Below are positions 36,331 to 48,400 of a stretch of DNA of 64,000 bases, piece by piece. A model generated the notes under the pieces. That model made no database searches, had not been told where the DNA came from, and saw nothing but the letters and a program-made list of their open reading frames with translations. Numbering within the stretch: position 1 is the stretch's first letter; each line of letters begins with the position of its first letter. A program made the translations under genes and the position numbers. This DNA is from Phoronis australis (taxonomy: Eukaryota; Animalia; Phoronida). The stretch is from assembly GCA_002633005.1 (NCBI GenBank), contig NMRA01000186.1, forward strand, positions 413,479 through 477,478. Reading direction: 5' to 3'.

Positions 36331-39300
36331 GTATGACCATGCATGGCACATACTCAGTTGACTTCTTGTCTTAACGGTATGCCAGACCTTATTTACAAAA
36401 AATCGGCTGCTTATGTAATATTTCAAATATATTATCTTCATCCTCTGTTATCTTTAAACACAAGCAGTATGATATGTAGTGAGGAAATACAGACTTTGCA
36501 GAATCATTTTAAATTGCGTGCAGATTTGTTTGCTTCCGCAAGATTCAAAGGTTACAGAGCTGTCGCTCAAATCGAAAATGTTACAACTTGTCAGACGAAG
36601 CTAGCAGAATGTGAGGTGATTTTGACAAAACATGATGAATGATTTAACTTTCAGAACTATTTTTCATTGTAGCTATTAAAAATCTGACATGTTTGTTACA
36701 AAATGCACTCACAGCTGATAAACATGGATAATTACATTTTACTTTCCTTTCTTGATCACTTTCATTATCAAGCTGGTTAGTCTGCTAGTATCATGATTAA
36801 CATCTCTGTGACAAGGTAGGTATCATGATTACCATCTCTGTGACAAGGTAGGTATCATGATTAACATCTCTGTGACAAGGTAGAACACTGGTTCTTTCAA
36901 ATCCCCAAACTGATCATTTGGTGTTGTAGAGTGTTAAAAAGCCTCTATTTTTAACAGCGATGACCAACACTTCCCAATTTGGAGTTCTGTTTTTCAATCA
37001 AAGGTCATTTTACAATATTCTTAGCAATATAGGTGTTGGAAGATCAAAAGCTGCATTTGCATGTATTCAATGTTCTAACTTGTGCGTGTCCTATTTCATT
37101 CAAAGATCTTGACCGTAGATTATTCCTTCTTTACTCAATAGATGGAGGTAGTAATGATCCCAAGGTAAACGGTACTCTAGCCAGGGTGATAGAACAAGCT
37201 AAGAACTCCGACATCCCGAAGGCGACAATAGAAAGGGCTCTTAAGAAGGTAACATAAAAAATGGTGAAGGTATCTTAATTTAAACCACCTGATGGTCGTG
37301 CTGTAGATGCTTTAGTCTATCCTAAGTTTAAGTGTAAGAATTTACATTTTTGGTCGTGGGTACTTTACATAAACCCAAAGTACCAGTGAGTATACTTGTA
37401 CCTTGTTGATTTTTTTTTTGAAGTTTGGGTTTTCATTTATACTGTTTCAGTACTGGGTGCGCTTTAATTCATTATATTATAGAATTTTACATTTTGATTT
37501 GTACTGCTAGCGGTAAGTAGTCAGCAAACTAGTTGTTCTGTTCACTTGAGAGTGATGCAGTGTTAATAACTAGAAATTTCAGAAATTGATGCCTAGAACA
37601 AGTCATGCACATTGTATAAAGTTAATCATTTCTTCCTTTTCTGGAAACCCAAATGTGCATTCATCTATTCTCAGAAAGAATGGTTTGCAAATGGAAAAGC
37701 AAAATATCTCAAGACTCAGTTTTGTATATTTACTCATGTAGGCCTAAGTACTTGTACTGCATGTGATAGTGAGTTTGATTTCATGTGTGCTTATACTCGG
37801 ATGTTCTTGGGGCAAAATGCCCTTGATTCCCTTTTTATGTGCCCACATATTTATATGTGGACAAATTATGCCGTCATCTCCGTCCGTCCGTCCATCCGGC
37901 GTCCAGTGTCTGGCGTCCGCTGCTCTGTCTCCAAAACGCCTTGACGTATGTTCATGAAATTTTGCACATGTTTTCCTTCCGTGAATGGGACAGCATGAGT
38001 GAACTTTCTGACGGATCCCACTATGGGTGTGCCCCTTAGTGGCAATTTTAGTTTTTTATGTTTACCTCTGTATCTTCAAATGTCCTGAACGGATTTTCGT
38101 AAAATGTTGTATATAGGCACCTATTAGTGAGATGACGCTTTCCTGCCATTTTCGGATGGATGCAATGTACTTTGCGCCACCTAGTGGCCATTTTTACTGT
38201 TTTCGAGTCTGTTTTGCTGCGTCCACCCATCAACCAAACTGCTGAAAGGATGATTGTGAAAATTGGCACGTATGTTGTTACTATTACGTGGACGGCCGAC
38301 AATAATTTTTGGATGATTTCGACCACTCTGGCGCCTCCTAGTGGCAGTTTTTTTGCTTCTATGGCTGTATCTCCTAAACCGTTTGAAGGATCTTTACTAA
38401 ATTTAGTAAGTGTATTTATATGATATTGGCAACAGATAACGACGACTTCCGGGCAGATCTGACGATAAAATTTGGCATACAGACATCTTTTAATGAGGTG
38501 ACTTTATCCCTCCGTTTTCAGATGGATTCTATCTAGTTTGCTCCACCCGTTGGCCATTTTTACTGTTTTCGAGTGTGTTTTTTGGCGTTCACTTGTCTAT
38601 CAACCAAACCGCTTTCAGGATAATTGTGAAAATTGGCATGTATGTTATTAGTAGGAAGTGGACAGTTGACGATGATTTTCTGACGAGTTTGAATACTGTG
38701 GCGCCTCCTAGTGGCAGTTTCGTTTTTTTGCGCTAATGGCTGTTTGTCTGAAACCGTTTACATGATCTTTAGTTAATTTAGCAAGTGTATTTATATGATG
38801 TTGACAACAAACGGCAACGACTTTCGGATGGATCTGACTACTGGTGTGCCCCCTAGCGGCAATTTTAGTTTTTTACGTTTACCATTCTCTATCTTCATAG
38901 GTCCTCAACAGATTTTCATAAAATTTTGAATTTAGGCATCTATTGTTGAGATGATGCTATCATCCTGTTTTTGGATGGAATCGAGGTATTTTGCACCACC
39001 TAGAGACCATTTTGCTGTTTTCAAATCTTGTTTTTGGCGTCCACCCCTAGATCAATCAAATCATTCTAGGGATGGTTTTGAAAATTGGCGTATATGTTTT
39101 CTGTGTGAAGAGGACATTTGATGATGGTGAGTGGCTACTATGGCGCCTCCTAGTGGTACTTTTGTTTTTTTTTGGCCATAGCTGTATATCTAAAAACCCA
39201 CTGCAGGATCTTTATTAAATTTAGTAAGTGAATTTATATGAAGATAACTGACAACAATTTTCTGGCGGATTGAACGGACACTGTACCCACAAGTGGCAAT

Positions 39301-42251
39301 TTCATTTTGTTCCGTTTTCCTTTATTTCTCTGAAGTTCCTTGACGAATTTTTATGAAATATGGCATGTTCCCGTTTTTGGATGGATTGTACATTTTTGTG
39401 CCATCTAGTGGCCATTTTTATGATACAAATAAATAACCCTAAAAGCGCACCATTTGCGATGCGTTCGTGGGCGCATTTCAACACTCCGCGTTGCCCTTGT
39501 TTACAATACATTTGTCGCCATTTTCCAAAAGTTACATTTAAATGGAATTGAAACGCTATTTTTGTGTTGCAGACTTGTCTACTAAAATTATAATTCTCTT
39601 CCACTAGGCCACAGAAGCAGAGACCCCTATCCATGTGGTTGAAGCCAAGGGCCCAGCAACGTCCTTCATGTTCATTAAAGTACAGACTTCAACGTTAAAC
39701 AGGACAAAGCAGCTTCTGCAAAAGGAACTGAAAAAGTTTGGGTAAGTCGAAGGTCAAAGGTTGTATGTTAAAAACACTTTATTTGTCAACCTTCAAATCC
39801 TTTCACGTTTGACTTTCATTAATTAGTTCGACTATCCAATTTGAACCAGAATTGTACATCAATGACTGAAAAATCATAATTCCTGCACTGATGCATTGCA
39901 TAACCAGTTGTAATTTTTTGCTTTGAACATGGGTTTCTAAAAACTAAATTGTGTGAGACACTAATGTTTCCTCAATTTAACAATATATTCTTGCTGTCAG
40001 TACACAGGGAAGCATGTGTGATTAAAACAATCATAGTCTTCAATTTTGATGGCTGATAAAATGCGTTATTTGAAAAAAATGACAGAGGCCCTGTTCCCTT
40101 GTTCCATTGGTCATAAACCACAATTAAAATTTCATGCAAATCAACCTAAAATATTCAAAACTGCTAAGAAGGCTTAAAATTGCCGATAACGATGAAATCA
40201 ATTCATTGCCAAGTCTTCCCCAGACAACTCATGTATTTACACATAAGCCATGCGATTTAAAAATGTTGTGCATAGCAATGAAAAAATAATGGTACGATAA
40301 ATAGTAGTTTTATGCTGCAATATATGATTGAATTTTTTTAAAATACCCTGGAAAGTTGACAACTACCTTAACACTGGTTTATGTCAAATACTTTGACAAT
40401 AATGAACTAAAACTTCACTGACATGCTAAACAGATGGAAAATGAGTGACTCCATACTCACTAGGTGGCGCTATTGAGTAAAGGTTGCTCTTTCTGATATA
40501 ATAGATTGACTGCTGAAAGCTGTTCATCGGCATTAGGTTGACTGTAGGCCGAGGGCACTACCTGACTACCTGAATGCATAAAACCAGTGTCTCACTAGCA
40601 CCACCTACTGGATTTTGAGCCGCAAAATTACCCTTGTACAGATATCAAAAAATGGATCTAACAGATAATAAGTTCGAGTTAATGATTGCCTAAACTGTCT
40701 GGAAGTGTTAGTGTCTTATTTTTACCCATAAACACCTACTGTATTTTGGCAGTCCGTTTTAGTTAGTTCGATTTAATGACTGCATCATGCTTCACATAAT
40801 TAAACTTCTAACATTAAAGGGGAATGATAGGTGAATCAGGTACAGCTGCACACGCGTTCAACCATGAAGGCCTGGTCAGAGTAGAGCTGGCACCAGATTC
40901 CAGTGTGGATGAGGATAAGGCTATGGATATTGCGATAGAAGTCGGGGCAGAAGATGTGAGCTGCAGGTGTGAAGAGGGAGATAACTTTCTTGAGGTACAG
41001 ACTGTTGTTAGATGCTTTAAAGTTGTGTTTGCACACAATAAAGTACCAGAGGATAGTGTCTTCAGCACTGAGCACTGTTTTGCACAAATCGCTGCAAAAC
41101 ATTCACACCCTTCCACACACAGAAGTTAAGATCAGGAGCGAGGAAGCAATAAACATTAATTATGCAATGCTCATAATCTGCCAGAATTTGAACTTGGGCC
41201 TCGCAAGAGATTCTACAGTCCAAGTCACATCACTGTATGGACATTGGCCTCTTTGAATTACAGATCCTTGTTTTTTTCAAATATCTGAGTCATGCATGAA
41301 GTAATCTGACAAAATACCAATCCCCTGTCATTTCAGTTCATTCTAGCCACTGTAATGGTGATTTTAGCTTGTGCTCTGCTGTCACGTTAGTTAATCTCAC
41401 TGGCACTCAGCCATCACTATATGGTTAATCTCACTGGCACTCAGCCATCACTATATGGTTAATCTCACTGGCACTCAGCCATCACTATATGGTTAATCTC
41501 ACTGGCACTCAGCCATCACTATATGGTTAATCTCACTGGCACTCAGCCATCACTATATTTTAATCTCACTGGCACTTAACTATCATGGTGGAGAATTTCA
41601 GATCATTTTTTGAATATAATACATCCCCAAAATGGAACTACACCTTGTTTCATGAAAGTTGTGCACTCAATTGTAACAGTGGCATGTAACGTCATGCACC
41701 ACATTAGAAAAAATATGCTTTTTTCATGCCGACAAATCGATGACTAAGACAAGTAGTGAAATGAGGTATTGTTGTCTGTTGTGTAACGGGTTCAAGTTGT
41801 TGCTAAAACCAAAATTATGAGATAATAATTGTTTCCACTGTGAAATCTCTCGTCTCATGACAAATTAGTGACTGAATGGAATTCGATTTTCTGTCTAACA
41901 TGACTTGTGTAACTGACTTGGCTTTGTTTTTTGTTGTTGTTTACTTTTTGATCCCAATGTTGTGCGGTGTATGGTGGCAACAATTTGTCTGTTTGAGATG
42001 GTAAGAACAGCTCTGACTTGGATTTCCATTTTCAGTTCACTTGCAACCCAAGAGACATCCACAGTGTTCGACGGAATCTTGAAAAGATGGAGTATAATGT
42101 AACACATGCCGATGACAGATATGTCCCCTCAACAACTGTGGAATTGAATGCCGAAGGACTACAATATGTTGAGAAAGCGTACGAAAAACTAACGAGTAAC
42201 GTTGAAGGGGTCATGGAAATCTATGACAATATAGTAGAAGAAAGCAGTTAA
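35976..42251 (+). CDS. TACO1: Translational activator of cytochrome c oxidase 1 (YebC/PmpR family), 5 coding exons: 35976-36330, 37142-37248, 39608-39741, 40820-40994, 42036-42251 (328 aa)
   Basis: Phase-consistent GT-AG splicing. A presequence-like N-terminus is followed by RRY-AGHSHWQNTRHIK, GGSNDPKVN..LA, IPKATIERA, EAKGP, AIEVGAEDV and a C-terminal IYDNI, typical of TACO1/YebC. Confidence 0.93.
36788..36883. repeat. 32-bp tandem repeat x3
   Basis: Unit GTATCATGATTAACATCTCTGTGACAAGGTAG. Confidence 0.9.
37142..37248 (+). CDS. TACO1: TACO1 coding exon 2
   Basis: DGGSNDPKVNGTLARVIEQAKNSDIPKATIERALKK. Confidence 0.92.
37832..39502 (+). mobile_element. HINE copy of the same family in TACO1 intron
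   Basis: Both termini are present (ATGTGCCCAC at 37837, GTGGGCGCAT at 39467 plus hairpin), with a GTCC microsatellite and the ~150-bp array. Confidence 0.8.
39608..39741 (+). CDS. TACO1: TACO1 coding exon 3
   Basis: ATEAETPIHVVEAKGPATSFMFIKVQTSTLNRTKQLLQKELKKFG; GTAAGT donor. Confidence 0.9.
40820..40994 (+). CDS. TACO1: TACO1 coding exon 4
   Basis: GMIGESG...AFNHEG...AMDIAIEVGAEDV. Confidence 0.9.
41390..41577. repeat. 34-bp minisatellite (~5.5 copies)
   Basis: Unit GGTTAATCTCACTGGCACTCAGCCATCACTATAT. Confidence 0.95.
42036..42251 (+). CDS. TACO1: TACO1 last coding exon
   Basis: FTCNPRDIHSVRRNL...YVP...IYDNIVEESS-stop. Confidence 0.92.
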   Translation, partial: FTCNPRDIHSVRRNLEKMEYNVTHADDRYVPSTTVELNAEGLQYVEKAYEKLTSNVEGVMEIYDNIVEESS

Positions 42252-43490
42252 GTGATCCGTGGGTGTCCTCGTTGTTGGCGGATGACTGGCTGATATCAAT
42301 CAGGTGTGTTAGCTCATCACAGTTAGGTGGCGCTTCAGTCACTGTTTCAATAAATGGCGATGAGTCAGAGAGGATAAGTATGAATCGCAGGATGTCCTGG
42401 GAGAACTTGGAATGCTGCGCATGACTCAACTTCAACAAATGGATGCAGCAGTATCTACCAGTTAATAGTGTAGCAGTTTTCATGTGCTTATAATATAGAT
42501 TTATTGGAATTTTCACAATGTAAAGAGCTGTCGAGGGGAAACTAAACTGAGTGACTCTGAAATGGTTTTCCAGACGATGTTGTTTTGTTTTGCAGAGAAT
42601 TTCTCACTTTTCGCCTTCTGTACATCACGTCATGATAGGAAAAATTTTTCACTAAACAAAGTTTGAAGAGAAAAATATAGGAGCTCGTTTAGGATCGCTT
42701 TTCTTGCCTTTTTTAACTGTTTATTTCATCTGAAGAGTAATACAAGGAGTGATACATTTATAAAATTTGCCTCTAGGAAGGACTGCTACTGATATACCCA
42801 GATTGTCAAATATATGGACAGTAAGTAGCATAAGTCAGATCCAAATGGACCGAGAGATTTCGAATCATTGAGCATGGCAAAGTCCAACTTATGTGAAGGT
42901 CTGAGTGCATGAACCGAACTGCTGAACTTTGACCGATTTAATAAGCAAAAATTCGATTCATCCATGTTTAACTTATGAAAGTTTTACTGACTATAGTTGA
43001 TCATGTGTCAACAAAGATGTGAGACTAGCTTAAAGCAGCTATGAAACCACTTTCCATCATAAAAAACAAATTTTGATTTAGGCCTTTTGCCATTATAAAA
43101 TTGATGTCAGATTGTTCCTTTAGTAAAACTGGGGGTGATTTCAGGGCTTCACAAGACTTCGCCATTTTGATACAGCGTGCTGTTCTCTGCGACAAGCGTG
43201 TTATCAAGGAATACCGAACTACTAGTTCTTTGAAAGCCCAGAAATCACTTCTCATCTGTGTACGGAACAAGTTGAGGTCACATTAGAAGTGGGCTTCTAG
43301 TGGACTGAATGCAGGTTGATACACTGCTGTAACTGACTGCTACGGTATACAATTTTTAAAGGGGCGCTCTGGAGGGTTTTTGGAGCCAAAATCACTTCTC
43401 GGGAAGTGGGCATTTCTGAAAGAGCCTTAGAGGTTCTCGCGGAAAACTCAGTTACTAGGTCAGGAAGGCAACAGAGTAAGCACAGAAGTA

Positions 43491-43509
43491 TATTTTATTG
43501 AATAAAATA
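43491..43509. terminator. Palindromic pair of opposite-strand AATAAA poly(A) signals between convergent TACO1 and the phosphatase gene
   Basis: TATTTTATT-G-AATAAAATA; a U/GU-rich stretch lies downstream on the - strand. Confidence 0.5.
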
Positions 43510-45318
43510 CAACAAACAATTTCCAGGAACATGACAATACAATTTTCAAAATTCAATGTCACATTGTAAATTAAAGCAGCTATAAACACACATTCCATTA
43601 CAGAATCAATTTTCTAATTTAGACCACTTACCAGTACAAAAGTGGCAATCTAATTGTTCAGAATCCTTAGTCAAATTAAGAATTCAGACAGGGCTTGAAA
43701 CAATTGACTATTACTATTCGAGGCCAGAGTCTATAACTTGGACTGTCATGGTGTGCAGTTTTACGTGTTGAATATGGTCTCAAGGCATGTCAACTGCAAG
43801 TTTGTAAACCTGAAAGCTTTTTTCACTCGAGTGAGGAACAAGTTGCAATCAATTGCACAATGGTAAGTGACCTAACTCGAATATTTACTTTGTGTGGATT
43901 GGTTTGTAGACACTTTAGTATACAAGGCCATTGAGACGAGTTATGGTAAACGTCATTGCCAAAGAAAATTTTCTTTTTGAAATACTGCAACAATGAACTC
44001 GATCCATTAACTGGAGATGTGAAAACAAAAACTGACAAATAATATTAAATGCTAATTGATTACACAAGGCTGACACAGTGTTCTGCATAAGTATTTTGAA
44101 TTTTCCAGTGACTGTATTTATACACTAGAATTGAAAATTGAATGAAACTGGCCAAAGAAACCATTGACAAATTTGGAGATCAGAATAAACATGCAACACG
44201 ATCAAAAATGATTTAAGATAAAGGTGCGCAGAGTTGACTTAGACATTGCCAGTCACATTGAAAATTCCATGAGACAAGTATGATGCGGTGAATCCAACAA
44301 CAAAATGAACACTTGGAAATAAAATTACTTTTCATGACCCAACTGACAGAATTTGTCTGAAGCAGGACTAGTGTTCGATCATTTTTCTCATGTATGCATA
44401 ACAAAGTAATTGCAACATCAGAGTAGTTTTGTGTTATATCGCAAAATGTAAGGCTTGCCCGATTTTGCTGGACTTTACTTTTCCTGGAAAACATGCAAGC
44501 TTGTTTTTAACATTTATGAGCATGTGTTAAAAGTCACAAAACCTCAAAACCATGCAAGATATTAAGAAATTACATTAGTCATGATTTTAATCTCGAAAGA
44601 GAAGAAAGTGATGGACGGCGTTTCATCATCTGTCTCATGTAAACTTATGGTCAAAGGAACCTGCAGTGTAGTTAGAGGCTAGAGAACAACTTCGGCACAT
44701 CAAAAGTGGTCTACTTCAAAGAACTAGATACACGTAGAATAAGAGTGAGGTGGTTTATCAACCAAAAATAACACTTGTCTAATATAAAGGTACATTCCGA
44801 CCGCCATAAAAAACTAGAAGTGTTAACTTGGCAATGCAACTTTTTGATGATTGTAAAATTAAATCGAATGGTATGTTCCAATGTAAGTTGTACTACCTTA
44901 AACAATTTTCAATAAGTTAAAAATATGTTTGTTTAATAAATACAGTTTAAAAGATGTGTAACTTCACAACATCTCAGGCACTCTTGTCAGACGAGGTACT
45001 TATCATTCTGGCTTTTGGTTAGCTTTGATTACCTCCAGCACCATCTGATGTGTCACAACGGAAATATTTATTTTTTTCCTGATGTTGGGCATACTAATTA
45101 ATTGTATTTCCATATCCCACACAGTATGCATGTATGTTACCTGACATTTATAGAACAAGTCAAGATTTCATCCCATCACCCACATTGAAAATAAAGAACT
45201 GCACATCCTTTAGCCATAAGCTATGGTTAAATCTTGGTGCCCCAAAAACTCTAATAACCCTTTTTTAAAAATACAATAACTATAATAAAAATTACCAACA
45301 AAGTGCGCAAGAAGACTT

Positions 45319-45437
45319 TCACACAATCTTGGAGGGTAACACAAAACTGTTCTTTAGTCGCCGTTTCCTGCGTAATCCACAGGTCACAGTGATAACTAGG
45401 AGCACCAGACCAGCACATATCCACACAACACCTTCAT
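45319..45437 (-). CDS. Acid phosphatase exon 11 (TM helix plus cytosolic tail)
   Basis: [37 protein letters not shown]-stop; TTCCAG acceptor in the correct phase. Confidence 0.82.
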
Positions 45438-48400
45438 CTGGAAAGAAAGTGATGAGTGAGTGGGACAATGTTAGCAAATGTGTGCAGGCCAAGACAATCT
45501 CCATCAACAATGCACTGGACAAGTTGCAAATCGAATATGGCTGCCCTGTTGCAACCAACTGTAAAATATGGGCATGGTATTTTTACTAGCAATCTGAAAC
45601 AGTTCAACAGTATGCAGTTAACCATCATACACTGATCATGCTCACATGCACACACTCGCACACACTAAATGAGGGACTGTAACCCTCGACTCCACGAGTC
45701 GAACCGTACATAGCTCACTGGAAATGAAACAAACCCAGAGCACAGGTCACAGCAACCATCACTACCACAAGATCCACACAGTTACAAAAAACAAAAACCT
45801 TGGTTTAAACGAAACACATCATGACAGCTAGCAATCACAGTACGCAATTGTATTGACGCAAACATTATGTGGATAATGCCAGTAAATTGGACTCAAACTC
45901 TACAGTCCAGTATTATGCATTGTAAAGTTTTGTAGTCACTTGCTCAATCTTTAAGTGTTTACCTTGTTTTGACAAGTGACTATGATGTCAACATCATTGA
46001 ACATTCCGTTATATCACTGCATATCACAATCGTGAATACAATATCCCAAAAACAAGAACATTAAATTTTAGCGACTTTAATTGAAAGTATTTCACAACCA
46101 TGGACATGAGTGCGACGTATGAAGATACCCAGTGCCAGCATTTCACAACCATGGACATGAGTGCGATGTATGAAGATACCCAGTGCCAGCATTTCACAAC
46201 CATGGACATGAGTGCGATGTATGAAGATACCCAGTGCCAGCATTTCACACCCCGCCAACACTGGAGTTGCTTGAACAAACTTGATGGTATCCACTTTTCT
46301 CTGAGGTTCAGCGGGAAAGTGACAAGACCGACAACTGGGTAAAAGACACTTGATGGACTGGTGGCATTATTTTTGATCACTCACCTGTGAGAAGATTGGA
46401 AGAGCACATGGAATGAAATTCATCTTCAGTCATTCGAATATTTTTTACTAATTCTGCAAATTGATTTAGCGGGCAGCTACTCTCGCAACCTGAAAAATAC
46501 AAAAGAGCCTGACTGAGGAACATGCAGCAAAATAAATTTCCCAACATGCAACCATTAGTTTTGAACACTGAATATCAGAAAAGTTCATACTAGTCTAAAC
46601 AATTTGCACAAGTCAAGACCAGATCAATATCTTGCCAAGTGTTGCATGTTTCCCATTGTTGAAACAATGGGTGGGCACATTAAAACCATAATTTTCACAC
46701 AACTGCAGGAAAGAATTGGCAATCGTCACCCATTTACCAAATCATTAGCAATGCATCAATATAGAGCAAATTCAATTAATAAATGTTGAAAACATGTTGA
46801 TTATGTACAACTTACCGATAAAACTAGTATGCTGTGGGAGGTGATACAAGACACATTGATGAGTACTGTGACAATTTTGAATTGCAGTGTAAGAAATAAT
46901 CAGTACCAATAATTTTGGGACTTATTGCTGAGGCTGTGTGGCCTAGTGTGAAAAGTGTGCGCTTCCTTAACTCAAGGTCATGTGTTCGAAACTCATCGGA
47001 GCACACTTCTAGACCCTCGAATCAAGTCGCCAGCTCCTCAGTTCAGTTTTAAAACTATATATTAAAAGTAAGAGCATAATAATAGCTCCAGGAGATCAGT
47101 GCATTGGTCCACCTGAGCGGCCTGCGCATGTCTGGTACAACGTGTACCAGACCACTACCACTTATTTTATACTTCAGCAGACATTCAGGTGTCTGAACGG
47201 ACATCCTGACTAAAATTAGACACCCTAGCTAGGTAACCCTGGACCGCCCAAGCACAGTATGGTAAGCAAGTAGGCATACTAGGTGTCTCTGCTAACTTAT
47301 TAACAGCAGCTCCGCGGGCTCATATGCCTGAGAGTCCAGAACAAAACAATTAGTTAAGATGTGATGTGAGACACGGTTAACCTCCAAGCATTATATGCCT
47401 AACCTATAATGCACCACACTGTAACAGCAATGGTCATAAAAATGCTGTCACACATCATCGATCATGGCCCCCCTGGAATATTGGGAAACCCATTTTTTGC
47501 CTTAAATACTGGATGAACCCACGATGACAAATCTCATTCGGTTTTGATTCTGAGTTACTAACAATCAAAGTTTTGAAATAAGGCACATTAAAGGAGAATG
47601 CCACCCGATTTAATTAGTCTTTTTACCGTCTTAATCAGTCTATGTACACATCACCTCTTATACTGTCGACCTCACCCTGCCGAGAGGTGTCACGTTAGCC
47701 TGTGAGGAAAGTAAGAAACGATGCAGTGACATCAGTGGTTCGTCTGCAGAGTGTATGCCGCTATATCGCAGTGCAGCGTTCCCACTTGTCCAAACTATGA
47801 AGGTGTAAAGAAAGCGGGTATGTCGTTTTTTTTTACTTCCTCGAGAGCCCAAAATGCTTAGGAAGTGGTTCGCGGTATTAAAGAATGAAAGGTATGCTGT
47901 CAATAGCAAGTATGAGGCTGTGAAATGTGTCCGTGTCTGTGGCTGCCATTTCGTCGACAGTGATTTCTCTGACGAATCCCGGCTTACCAAAGAACTATCC
48001 ATACGTTCTGTTACCTGAGCGTGTTCATGGCGCCTCTCTAGTATTTCTTGATCAGTGCATTCCTGTTTGAACTGATAGCCTGTGAAACCTAACAATCTGT
48101 GAAGTCTTCATCGGATGAGCTCTTGACTAAGTCGGGATGGGCGCCGGGCGAGTTGCCATGTAGACGTTTATGATTCTGCGTTCTGTTTCAAAATGAATTA
48201 TTCTCATCCTAACCAATGCTTATATAAAACTGAAACAAAGTCTGTCTCATTAGATACAATTTGTAATGCCTTTGCAGTATTCGTGAGTGCAAATGTTGAG
48301 AAGCCGGCTTTTGATGCTGGCAATAAAGTTAATTGACTGGGCACCAAGGCTGTGTGAGCGCATGCTAATTCAGTGTTTGCTGACAGAAAGCTGTTGTGAA

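Noticed and set aside
46930-47005. Possible tRNA gene
   Set aside because: No clean cloverleaf or acceptor stem, and it continues into a body shared with a second copy; it is a SINE head.
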